Shown here: positions 8,020-16,769 of the stretch, piece after piece | Numbering within the stretch: position 1 is the stretch's first letter | Layout of the letters: each line of letters begins with the position of its first letter | Source: a virus | Reading direction: 5' to 3' (one strand) | Virus record (IMG/VR): IMGVR_UViG_3300047481_001036 | Length of the DNA stretch: 64,000 bases | Program-made: the position numbers and the translations under genes | Notes under the pieces: model-generated | Told to the model about the DNA's origin: nothing | Database searches by the model: none | What the model saw: only the letters and a program-made list of their open reading frames with translations

Positions 8020-8092
8020 TGCCCAGTAGCACAATGGTAGTTGCAAGCGGCTGTTAACCGCTGGGTTGTAGGTTCGAGTCCTACCTGGGCAG
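8020..8092 (+). tRNA. trnN: tRNA-Asn(GTT)
   Basis: TGCCCAG/CTGGGCA; AGCGG-CTGTTAA-CCGCT. Confidence 0.92.
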
Positions 8093-8097
8093 TTTTT

Positions 8098-8184
8098 GGA
8101 ATCTTGGCCGAGTGGTTTAAGGCAGCGGTTTACTAAACCGCCGAGGGTTAAAATCCTCCGTGGGTTCGAATCCCTCAGATTCCG
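8098..8184 (+). tRNA. trnS: tRNA-Ser(ACT), A34 anticodon
   Basis: Class II cloverleaf, G73; GCGGT-TTACTAA-ACCGC. Confidence 0.9.
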
Positions 8185-8185
8185 T

Positions 8186-8256
8186 ATTGGCGTAGTTCAA
8201 CGGTAGAATGACGGTCTCCAAAACCGTAGATGAGGGTTCGATTCCCTCCGCCTTTG
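8186..8256 (+). tRNA. trnW: tRNA-Trp(CCA) with mismatched acceptor stem
   Basis: ACGGT-CTCCAAA-ACCGT; acceptor ATTGGCG/CGCCTTT has two U:U mismatches. Confidence 0.8.
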
Positions 8257-8258
8257 CT

Positions 8259-8338
8259 GGTGAGTTTCCAGAGCGGCAAATGGGCCTGACTGTAGATCAG
8301 GTGCTTCGGCTTCGGGGGTTCGAGTCCCTCACTCACCA
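8259..8338 (+). tRNA. trnY: tRNA-Tyr(GTA)
   Basis: GGTGAGT/ACTCACC; CCTGA-CTGTAGA-TCAGG; variable arm. Confidence 0.92.
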
Positions 8339-8462
8339 TAAAATATTGATAACAAAAGACTTAGAGCAATTTGATCGGCCGAATCATACCTAAGTACTTA
8401 TTCTTCAACAACTTAGATTTTCTAAAGACTTCTCTTGACAGTAGCCGATAATAGTGTAGAAT
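8339..8462 (+). promoter_or_regulatory. Paired palindromic boxes plus promoter (copy 7)
   Basis: Boxes at 8339 and 8391 (52 bp apart); TTGACA-GCCGATA-TAGAAT. Confidence 0.7.
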
Positions 8463-8488
8463 ACGAGCAACACAAGAGGAGAAGAATC

Positions 8489-8854
8489 ATGGGTTTGGAT
8501 CAGTATGCATATTGCGTTGATAACAATGGAGAAAAGGAAGAATTGGCGTATTGGCGTAAGCATCCTAATCTCCAAGGTTTTATGGAACGTCTCTGGGAAA
8601 GCAAGGGTCGTCCCGGTGATCGTGATGAACATAATATGCTGGGAGATTTTAATTGTATCCCAGTAGAATTGACTTATGAAGATTTGGATAGTCTGGAGAA
8701 GGCGGTATCATCTAAAGGATTACCGGAAACCGGCGGATTCTTTTTTGGTAGCGATAGTGACGAATATTACAAGAATCAGGATTTGGAGTTTGTAGGCAAG
8801 GCTCGTGAAGCACTTGATGCCGGTCTGCATGTTTTTTACGATAGTTGGTGGTGA
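8489..8854 (+). CDS. Conserved phage protein (MGLDxY...YWRK family)
   Basis: SD GAGGAG; MGLDQYAY..ELAYWRKHPNLQGFME..GFFFG..YDSWW. Confidence 0.75.
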   Translation: MGLDQYAYCVDNNGEKEELAYWRKHPNLQGFMERLWESKGRPGDRDEHNMLGDFNCIPVELTYEDLDSLEKAVSSKGLPETGGFFFGSDSDEYYKNQDLEFVGKAREALDAGLHVFYDSWW

Positions 8855-8907
8855 AATCCTAAAGAACCAGTTGACAGATGCCGATATACACTGTATAATA
8901 CAAAACT

Positions 8908-8982
8908 GACCATCAAGCATAATCGTAAAGAAAAAGGGACGCTTTGCTTGCAAAGATGATCCAGCGTGGTATGATGGTGGTC
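8908..8982 (+). ncRNA. Candidate small structured RNA upstream of tRNA-Ile
   Basis: GACCATCA/TGGTGGTC and ACGCT/AGCGT stems directly after the promoter at 8871-8899. Confidence 0.35.
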
Positions 8983-8987
8983 TACTC

Positions 8988-9063
8988 GGGGCGTAAGGTA
9001 AGCCGGTTGCATCCGACACTCTTATAAGGTGTTCATAGGTACGTTCGACTCGTACACGCCCTA
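8988..9063 (+). tRNA. trnI: tRNA-Ile(TAT)
   Basis: GGGGCGT/ACGCCCT, A73; ACACT-CTTATAA-GGTGT; T arm GTACG-TTCGACT-CGTAC. Confidence 0.85.
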
Positions 9064-9096
9064 CTCGGAGGCTGACGTTTTTTTGAGTTACGAAGT

Positions 9097-9169
9097 GGCC
9101 CTATCGTCTAACGGTTCAGGACTTCGGATTTTCGTTCCGAATATCGGGGTTCGAATCCCCGTAGGGTCA
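9097..9169 (+). tRNA. trnE: tRNA-Glu(TTC)
   Basis: GGCCCTA/TAGGGTC; TCGGA-TTTTCGT-TCCGA. Confidence 0.9.
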
Positions 9170-9208
9170 TTTGACAAATAGAAAAAGTACGATATACTAT
9201 ATAAAAAT

Positions 9209-9281
9209 GGGCCTCTAGCTCAATTGGCAGAGCAAGGAGCTTTTAACTCTTAGGTTCAGGGTTCGAGTCCCTGGGGGCCCA
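9209..9281 (+). tRNA. trnK: tRNA-Lys(TTT)
   Basis: GGGCCTC/GGGGCCC; AGGAG-CTTTTAA-CTCTT. Confidence 0.92.
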
Positions 9282-9331
9282 CTTGACAAGTTTAGCCGAT
9301 TGGTGTATAATAGTTTTACTCGGGAGAGATT

Positions 9332-9532
9332 ATGATGAATGATAATGAGTATGAATACGATTATCACGATCTGGCACAAAACTCTGAAGACTTGTATGAA
9401 GACGAGTGCTACTATGACGATGGTGTAGACGAGTCTTGGATGGTTTTAGATGACGATGAAAAAGAAACCACAGATGATAATGGTTGGGATAATTACTATC
9501 ATAATCTAACAGATGAAATCATAGACGATTGA
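9332..9532 (+). CDS. Small highly acidic protein
   Basis: 66 aa, very D/E-rich with aromatic residues; own promoter at 9283. Confidence 0.65.
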   Translation: MMNDNEYEYDYHDLAQNSEDLYEDECYYDDGVDESWMVLDDDEKETTDDNGWDNYYHNLTDEIIDD

Positions 9533-9630
9533 TCTCTCCTCAACGGATGCAACTTGGTGGGACAAGTATCTATTCACTCCTTTCTTTCTTTTCTCTAAGT
9601 ACGTTCGAATCGTACCATCCGTTATTAATC

Positions 9631-10128
9631 ATGTCAGATATACTCAATAGTAATATCGAAGATTGTCGTAAAACAGACACAGGGGTTATTCAAGGAGCGT
9701 CTCATACCTGTAGAGTATTGAACCATAAGAATCGTAATAAGATTATTATTAAGGCAGTATGCGATCTAAGAAAAATATATGATGATTTTGATAGTATTGC
9801 TTGCTGCGGCGTAAGCGGTTTGATGGTAGTACCGCAGATAGCAGAAATTCTTAATAAGAACATAGTTATTATTAGAAAACAAAATGAAAAAAGATATAGC
9901 GATTTTTATATCGAAGGAGTTTCTCCTTTTAGATATGTTATTGTTGATGATCTGATTTGTTCTGGTAATACCGTTAAGTGGATACAAAATGCTATTTACG
10001 AAGATAATCCTAAAGCCAGATGTGTAGGATTGTATTGTTATTTGCCAGAAGAATGCTCTTATACTAAAGACACCGCTAAACTATTTTATCAAAGATACAA
10101 AATAAATCTCCTAAACCCTGCTCCATAA
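9631..10128 (+). CDS. Type I phosphoribosyltransferase
   Basis: PRPP-binding motif YVIVDDLICSGNT. Confidence 0.8.
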   Translation: MSDILNSNIEDCRKTDTGVIQGASHTCRVLNHKNRNKIIIKAVCDLRKIYDDFDSIACCGVSGLMVVPQIAEILNKNIVIIRKQNEKRYSDFYIEGVSPFRYVIVDDLICSGNTVKWIQNAIYEDNPKARCVGLYCYLPEECSYTKDTAKLFYQRYKINLLNPAP

Positions 10129-10248
10129 TAGACTTAGAGCATTTTGCGTGGGCCGGGCTAGCCATAAGTACTTGCCAGTAAAAGACTTGCGAACAAAAAA
10201 TTTTTCCGCAAGTTTGGCTATTGACACGCCGATAATAGATGATAGAAT
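10112..10248 (+). promoter_or_regulatory. Paired palindromic boxes plus promoter (copy 8)
   Basis: Boxes at 10112 and 10165; TTGACA-GCCGATA-TAGAAT. Confidence 0.75.
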
Positions 10249-10291
10249 CAGCGTATCGGAACGAAGAATCAGTAACACGAAAGGGTTGATT

Positions 10292-11239
10292 ATGCCTGCT
10301 ATGGTTGAAAAGATGATGTTTGTCGGTGCTACCCCGTGGCACGGTGAGGGTACGCAGTTGGAAGAGAACCCGTCTATCAGCGAGGCTATTGTTGCCGCTG
10401 GTCTGGATTGGGAAGTCGGCACTAAGCCGCTGTTTACGTCGGAAGGCGAGGAGGTCAACGCTAAGGCGACTTTCCGCAAGACCGACAACCGTGTTCTCGG
10501 AGTCGTGGGGCCACGTTATACGCCGCTCCAGAATCAGGATGCTTTCGATTGGTTCCAGCCTTTTCTTGACGCTGGCGAGTGTCAACTGCATACCGCCGGT
10601 TCGCTCAGTGAGGGCGAGAAGGTTTGGGTGCTGGCTCAACTCAACCGTGACAATTGTGAGATTGTCAAGGGTGATGAGGTGAGCAAGTTTATTCTGCTGT
10701 CTAACAGCCACGACGGTACAACGTCGATCCGCGTCGGATATACTCCGATTCGCGTGGTCTGTGTTAATACCCTCGCCGCTGCTCATACTAGCAAGGAAAG
10801 TTCTCTGATTCGGATTCGTCACACACGCTCCAGCAAGACCAATCTGGAGAACGTGCGAGATATTATGGACAATATCAACGCACAATTTGAGGCGACTGCG
10901 GAACAGTATCGGTTCCTCGCGTCTAAGGATTTCAACCAGAATGACGTTCGTAAGTACGTCAAGGTGCTGCTCGGGATCGACAAGACCCCGGACGAGGATA
11001 TTAAGACTCGTACCCGCAACATCATGGACGAGATTCTTACACTCGTCGAAGGCCCGAAGCAGAGTGCTACCGGGGTTCGTGGAACATGGTGGGCTGCCTA
11101 CAACGGTTTCAATGAATATCTTAACTACACTAAGGGTCGTTCGGTGAGCAACCGTCTCGATTCACTCTGGTTCGGCCAGAATGGAGTTGAGAACCGCAAG
11201 GCTCTCGACACGGCTATGGAGTTTGCGAACGCCGTCTAA
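10292..11239 (+). CDS. DUF932 family phage/plasmid protein
   Basis: PWHG.G, AGLDWEV, Y.PLQN.DAF, LSNSHDG, TPIRVVCVNTL, GTWWAAYN. Confidence 0.9.
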   Translation: MPAMVEKMMFVGATPWHGEGTQLEENPSISEAIVAAGLDWEVGTKPLFTSEGEEVNAKATFRKTDNRVLGVVGPRYTPLQNQDAFDWFQPFLDAGECQLHTAGSLSEGEKVWVLAQLNRDNCEIVKGDEVSKFILLSNSHDGTTSIRVGYTPIRVVCVNTLAAAHTSKESSLIRIRHTRSSKTNLENVRDIMDNINAQFEATAEQYRFLASKDFNQNDVRKYVKVLLGIDKTPDEDIKTRTRNIMDEILTLVEGPKQSATGVRGTWWAAYNGFNEYLNYTKGRSVSNRLDSLWFGQNGVENRKALDTAMEFANAV

Positions 11240-11263
11240 TCCTTTCGTGGTGCGGTTCAATGC

Positions 11264-11308
11264 GAGAGGGCCGCTGCTGGGCAACTGGCGGCGGCTCTCT
11301 CCGTTTTT
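11264..11308 (+). terminator. Intrinsic terminator after the DUF932 gene
   Basis: Long GC stem with GCAA loop followed by a T-run. Confidence 0.8.
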
Positions 11309-11329
11309 ATTTAAAAAAGCGTATCGACA

Positions 11330-11478
11330 TAAGATATTGATAAATAAGCACTTACGACGGGTCGGGCCCGCAAAATTTGTCGTAACTTTAAATACCACAA
11401 GGACTTAGGAGATTTCCTATAGACTATCTGACGAAATGACGATACAATAGATGTAAGTGTCTTAGAGACAAGGAGTTA
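11330..11478 (+). repeat. Paired palindromic boxes (copy 9) plus a third box
   Basis: Boxes at 11330, 11383 and 11454. Confidence 0.7.
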
Positions 11479-11506
11479 GGAACAATATATTGTTTAGATT
11501 TATCTT

Positions 11507-11554
11507 TGTCGTATCTAATCCTACGGAATTGCCGAATATGCCAACAGTCAGCCA
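11507..11554 (+). repeat. 48-bp motif B, copy 2
   Basis: TGTC-gtat-CTAAT-cctacg-GAATTGC-N13-AGTCAGCCA. Confidence 0.85.
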
Positions 11555-11707
11555 AAAGTATGGTAGTATTATGTTTGGTAATGATTCTAAGTATAGTAAT
11601 ACCAATCACTTGCGTAAAGTTCCAATGTGTGGTATACTGTAGGAGTAGGGGAGGTATTAGGTATACTAATAATCTCTTATATATTTGAGATTGATTATCA
11701 ATAACTC

Positions 11708-11755
11708 TGTCTCATCTAATCCTACGGATTTGGCGGTCTTAGTGATAGTCAGCGA
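11708..11755 (+). repeat. 48-bp motif B, copy 3
   Basis: TGTC-tcat-CTAAT-cctacg-GATTTGG-N13-AGTCAGCGA. Confidence 0.85.
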
Positions 11756-12589
11756 GTTTTATGGGACCTATTATGTTTAGTCCAATAGATATAACGGCTT
11801 ATCTTTCAATATTGCTAGTATCATATGATATTCATAAACCTAGTATCATTTCTTATAATTCATATACTACTACTCATATCATTACTAATTCTGATATGTA
11901 TGATGTAAATAAGATTATAGAAAAAGCATTTATGCAGGAAGAAAAATGATAAAATGTTTTAGTTTTGTTCACGGGCATAAAAATGCTCAAGAAATAGTTG
12001 TTGATCTTAATGGAATGAAAAGTATCCAGAGTGATCCGTTCTATATACAATATGATAGAAATAAGGATTATGGTAAGGATGATAGTTATTGTATTAGGGG
12101 AAATGTTACTGAAAATGATTGGGACGAATTAGATTTGTCTAGCGATTTTATGGAGATTTAATATGCAAGTATTTGTAGTATTTGATTTTCCCGGTGTTGA
12201 TCCTGACAGTGAAGAAGCAGACAATATTGTAGAATGTCTTGAAATTGATCTTGAACATTTTGCTGAAGAAACTGGACACTCTTGGTATATTGATGATGCT
12301 ATGGCCGATTAGTTAAATTGTTATAGTACGGTCATTGTGGATGTCGATATGTATGGTATACTGGCTCTATTGCAAAGGAGGTCAAGGAGTACACGAATGA
12401 AGGTTATTAATATTACTATGGAATTAGTTATTGATGACGATATTACTAATCTGGATAAGATCGCAGATTATCTGAATAATAAACTATATACTGATCCAGA
12501 ATTTTTTGGAGATTTTGGGCCTGAGAATATAGAGTCTATTGATAACGAGGACGGAACTCCTATTTATGACCAAAAATATGGGTGGGCTA

Positions 12590-12793
12590 ATGATCCAAGT
12601 GAATGATAAAAATCGTGAAGAAATTCTTGATAAATATGCTGAGAGTGTTATGGATGGTATGGACTTTCAGAGACTATGGGAATTGGCCTATAATAGTATA
12701 AGGGATAGTAAAGACCTTATGGAAAATGAGGCTTTAGAATCTGAGATTCTTGATTGTTGTCCTGAAATTTTAGAGGAGCATAGTCATGAATGA
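12590..12793 (+). CDS. Hypothetical protein, paralog of 14661 and 14909
   Basis: Shared VN..N...I...Y......MD...L..EI....P pattern. Confidence 0.65.
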   Translation: MIQVNDKNREEILDKYAESVMDGMDFQRLWELAYNSIRDSKDLMENEALESEILDCCPEILEEHSHE

Positions 12794-13018
12794 TGAACAT
12801 ATTGCTACATATCTTTATGATGTTAATCATGATGATGGTGTTTATGAGATATATGCTATATATGATAGTTGGTCTGATAGAGATAATAGGAAAGTATCTT
12901 ACTATGATGTATTTAACAAGAAAGGGATTTGCGTAAACGAAGGCGATCCATTCTATAGTCTGCCATCATGGCAGGATATATATCATAACTATTACAATAA
13001 AATACCTAATCAATCATA

Positions 13019-13411
13019 ATGCAAAAATCAGCCACGGTAGCTTTAGTATCCAATAATAAGCTTCTTCTTTTAGAGAGAGGTCATACTGCTCCATGGAATC
13101 CTAATAAATATTGTTTACCGGGCGGAAAATTAGATAACAATGAATCATTAATATCTTGTGCTATCAGAGAACTTAAAGAGGAAACAGACATTGACTTATC
13201 TTCTAATCAATTAAAACCTATAGTTATTAACTATCCTAAATATTCCAAAACCATATTTGTTTGTTGTGATAATACAAGTCATATAGTAAAACTCAACTGG
13301 GAACACTCAAAATACCTGTGGGCATCGTATGCTGATTCGCTCACAATACCCATAGTCCCCGGTCTGATGACAACTATTAAAACTCTCGTGGATCATGGCT
13401 ACATGGTTTAA
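13019..13411 (+). CDS. NUDIX hydrolase
   Basis: Nudix box PGGKLDNNESLISCAIRELKEETDI. Confidence 0.9.
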   Translation: MQKSATVALVSNNKLLLLERGHTAPWNPNKYCLPGGKLDNNESLISCAIRELKEETDIDLSSNQLKPIVINYPKYSKTIFVCCDNTSHIVKLNWEHSKYLWASYADSLTIPIVPGLMTTIKTLVDHGYMV

Positions 13412-14356
13412 ACAAAACAAAAACTGGAGCATCAGAGTCATTATATCCAAATAGATACCATTGTCAAGGAGTTATCTTATGCGAAATCCAAAGGAAATTA
13501 TAAATACTATTATTGCTGGTGATGATCTTTATTGGGATGCTTATGAAAATAAATATATTGCTCTAAGTACGGATGAAATTAATAGTATTATTAAGTCCTG
13601 TATAGACAATGATATTCATGATGAAAAGAGTATGATGAAGGTTATGAACTGGTGTACCAGTGTAAGAATAGGCTCTCTTCTTATGAAGAATTTTCTGGAA
13701 GGTAAGATAAGAATCTCTTGTGATGATAATAGTGATGAGCCTGAGTTCTCTAAGAAGTAATATATTATATCCTCACCCGCTGCATAATATATAATCTCTT
13801 TCATGTGGGTTGTCAAGCAAGAAAATTTTTATAAATCTATCATAGAACGTAAGTTGTTGATACACAAGAGGTTGCGTCAAAGAGTCGTGTGTGGTAGAAT
13901 GTACAGTGTGGTCACTTTCACCTTTTGGAGTCTTTTATGCTTGGTATGTGTTTGTGCTTCGGTATTTGTTTCGGAATGTTGAACGGATATATGCAAGTCA
14001 CTTACAACTAAGATACCAAATAATATTCATTGTTATTCATCTTCTTTTAGAAGAATAAATATTTATAAGATAATAATCAATGATCCATTTCAGTGATATC
14101 TCAGATGATATAAGTTTGATAAAATGAAAGCCGATGATTATAATACGATTGTTTACTATTATTGCTAATATTACCGATGATTCTAGTACTATAAAAAAGG
14201 AGTGTCATTGCTGCATGTAACAGAATATCTTTTGATTCTAAAGCAGCTTATGAATCATTAATCTCAATAGAACCACTAATAGTAAATAGACACATGAAAT
14301 ACGAACACATGTTCGTTAAATATATTTGCTACTCATAATAGTAAATATAACACATA

Positions 14357-14401
14357 ACCCTCTGGCGCCTCTTTATAATGCGTACTTCCAGAGGGTTTTT
14401 T
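14357..14401 (+). terminator. Terminator-like hairpin
   Basis: AACCCTCTGG...CCAGAGGGTT followed by a T-run. Confidence 0.6.
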
Positions 14402-14446
14402 ATTGATACTAAGAATAGTAGTCTAGCATTTGTATAGGCCACTTAC

Positions 14447-14494
14447 TGTCTTATCTAATGCTCCAAGATTGGTGGTAATGGTGACAGTCAGCCA
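14447..14494 (+). repeat. 48-bp motif B, copy 4
   Basis: Same spacing as the other copies. Confidence 0.85.
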
Positions 14495-14660
14495 ATAATA
14501 GGGGCCGTGGTAAAAGTTGTATTATGATATCTATTGACCCTTCATGGGTCTATTGTATAATGCAATAGTCCACGGAGCCATTGATCAGTCGTAGATAACT
14601 ATGGTGGATCATTGGAGTCATAGGCATGGTGTTTTTACAACTTGTTCTATGAGGTGATAT

Positions 14661-14912
14661 ATGATGTCTTGGAACTTAGAAGTTAATGGTAACAACAGAG
14701 ATGAGATTCAATCTAGATATGTAAATTATTTGATATCAAGAATGGATTTCATAGAAATACGTAATGTTTTAAAGGACTATATTAATACTGACAAGATCTT
14801 TTACTCTCATGATGATTTGTTAGATGAGATAAAAGCAAGAGGGCCAGAGGCTATTAGTGAAGTATTTAATCGTTCTAGTAATCTTACTGTAAATGAGGAG
14901 GTGTTACTATGA
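14661..14912 (+). CDS. Hypothetical protein (paralog family)
   Basis: SD GAGGT; similar to 12590 and 14909. Confidence 0.7.
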   Translation: MMSWNLEVNGNNRDEIQSRYVNYLISRMDFIEIRNVLKDYINTDKIFYSHDDLLDEIKARGPEAISEVFNRSSNLTVNEEVLL

Positions 14913-15157
14913 GACATTTTAAAGTTAATAGTGAGAATAAAGAATACATAGTTAAGAGATATACTGATTATCTCTTATCTCGTATGGATAATCTTGAAGT
15001 TTGGGAAGGATTCAAAGAATACTTTTATAAGGAGAAGCTATCGTATCCTAATGATACTTTGGAGCAAGAGATTAATAGATATTGTCCTTCAATTCTAGAA
15101 GACCATATTGCTGAAGAAGTAATAGGAAAGGGACACGAATATGCCAAGACTATTTAA
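14909..15157 (+). CDS. Hypothetical protein (paralog family)
   Basis: SD GAGGAGG; similar to 14661. Confidence 0.7.
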   Translation: MRHFKVNSENKEYIVKRYTDYLLSRMDNLEVWEGFKEYFYKEKLSYPNDTLEQEINRYCPSILEDHIAEEVIGKGHEYAKTI

Positions 15158-15416
15158 CAGAGTTATTAGTTTTAGAGTAGAGGGCGAAATATATGATACT
15201 GATACTACTCCGGAACAGATTATAAAAAGTTATGACTGGTCTTTTAAACATGACGGAGGCAACTCTATATTCTGCTCAGCATCATATGACGATAATCGTG
15301 GTCGTATCACAAATATGACTAGACTAAATAAAATCCAAAAATGGAGAAAGCCTGATACTGAATATTTTATTATATAAAGTAAAGAGATAAAGTTGAGTGG
15401 CATAAACGCCCCAACT

Positions 15417-15539
15417 TGTCTCATCTAATATTAACGGTTTGATTTTTTTGATAGTAGTCAGTCAAAATCTGTTATTAATAATCCGTCACATAGTCCCACC
15501 TAATGTTCTAGATTTGGTTTTAGTGGTAATAGTCAGCCA
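15417..15539 (+). repeat. 48-bp motif B, copies 5 and 6 (15417-15464, 15492-15539)
   Basis: Two tandem copies 75 bp apart. Confidence 0.85.
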
Positions 15540-15652
15540 AACTAGATGATCTGAATAAAGAATTGATTCTTGACCCTATGCTCCACAAAGTTATCATAGA
15601 CAACCTAACCGTCGCACGGATGCGACATTTTTTTCAACAGGAGAAAATTTTT

Positions 15653-15868
15653 ATGATGAAGTTTGCACTAGTAGTGGTTCTCATGGTATTCGGTTCGTCA
15701 GCATTTGCTGGTGAGTGTGTTAGTGGCAATTGTACTCTACGAAGTCGAGTTGTCAATGTTACTAGGGAAGTAATTTCTGTTCCAGTAACAGTAACCCGCC
15801 GAACGGTTGAGGCTACTCGTAATGTTGGTCGCAAGTCTGTGGCCCGCGTTCGTAGCGTTGTGCGATGA
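15653..15868 (+). CDS. Small secreted protein (signal peptide, Cys pair, R/V-rich tail)
   Basis: MKFALVVVLMVFGSSAFA-GECVSGNC; SD GGAG. Confidence 0.7.
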   Translation: MMKFALVVVLMVFGSSAFAGECVSGNCTLRSRVVNVTREVISVPVTVTRRTVEATRNVGRKSVARVRSVVR

Positions 15869-15994
15869 ACAATATTTGATAGATAATCTGAAGGGTTATA
15901 ATAACTTGTCAGACTATAGATCACTAGAAAATTCCCTCGAATAAACTCGGGGGTCTTTTCTTAAATAGACTTATTTACTTCAAGGAGGAATATT

Positions 15995-16339
15995 ATGAAA
16001 AATTTTATGATCGCATTAGCACTTATTTTTTGCATTAGTTTTACCGCAGAAGCAGCAAGACCAAACTATTATAGTCCGACCACTAATAGGGTCTATAGTT
16101 ATACTAATAGTCAAAATATAGGATCAGATCAGGATCGTTGTCAAGCAGAAGCTAATTATATGGCAGCTAATAATATTACTGGTCATGTATGGGGAACTAT
16201 AGGACGATTTGAAGGCGTGGGTTATGGGGGTAGTCCTAATTGTAATACCTGTGTTCCTAGTAGCAGAATGACTCCAACAGGAGATGCTTCGGCTCAAGGT
16301 AGGAATGGTAAATGGTATAGAGTTAGGTCGTGGAGATAA
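15995..16339 (+). CDS. Secreted protein, possibly a truncated CAP-like fold
   Basis: Signal peptide ending AEA; H..G..G.FEGVG..C..GDA.AQG.NG.WY. Confidence 0.7.
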   Translation: MKNFMIALALIFCISFTAEAARPNYYSPTTNRVYSYTNSQNIGSDQDRCQAEANYMAANNITGHVWGTIGRFEGVGYGGSPNCNTCVPSSRMTPTGDASAQGRNGKWYRVRSWR

Positions 16340-16349
16340 AAGTCTCTAA

Positions 16350-16422
16350 GCAAGAGTAGCTCAATTGGCAGAGCGTCAGGTTTCCAACCTGAATGTTGAG
16401 GGTTCGATTCCCTTCTCTTGCT
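16350..16422 (+). tRNA. trnG: tRNA-Gly(TCC)
   Basis: GCAAGAG/CTCTTGC; TCAGG-TTTCCAA-CCTGA. Confidence 0.92.
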
Positions 16423-16438
16423 TTTAATATGTTGATTT

Positions 16439-16486
16439 TGTCACAGCTAATATTCTGGATTTGGGTATTATGGGTACAGTCAGCCA
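16439..16486 (+). repeat. 48-bp motif B, copy 7
   Basis: Same spacing as the other copies. Confidence 0.85.
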
Positions 16487-16715
16487 AACTTATATTTTAT
16501 GATTGCTATTAAGTTAGATAAAAATATATCATGTGAAAATATATGTATGCAGATTCAACTATTAATTAATCAAGCTCAAGCTTCTATGAATACTAATGAT
16601 AGTTTATTGGTTATAGATATAAAACCTATCATAGATACTAATATAGTTACTGATGTTCCTAAGTTGACCTATAACAATAGTCCCGATTGACACTGGGCCA
16701 CTTCAAACTTACTAT

Positions 16716-16763
16716 AGTCTTAGCTAATCATTCAACTTTGGAATTTATGGAAACAGTCAGCGA
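16716..16763 (+). repeat. 48-bp motif B, copy 8
   Basis: Same spacing as the other copies. Confidence 0.8.
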
Positions 16764-16769
16764 GACATT

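Noticed and set aside
10076-11147. Long alternative-frame and antisense ORFs over DUF932 (also over Gp88-like, ligase and rIIA)
   Set aside because: These are shadow ORFs caused by locally higher GC and codon bias; they have no motifs or RBS.
14010-14340. Decayed gene or replication origin in an AT-rich gap
   Set aside because: No convincing frame, DnaA boxes or local iterons seen by eye; needs skew analysis.
218-16763. CRISPR array interpretation of the repeats
   Set aside because: The repeats are degenerate and dispersed, without regular unique spacers, and there are no cas genes in the window.
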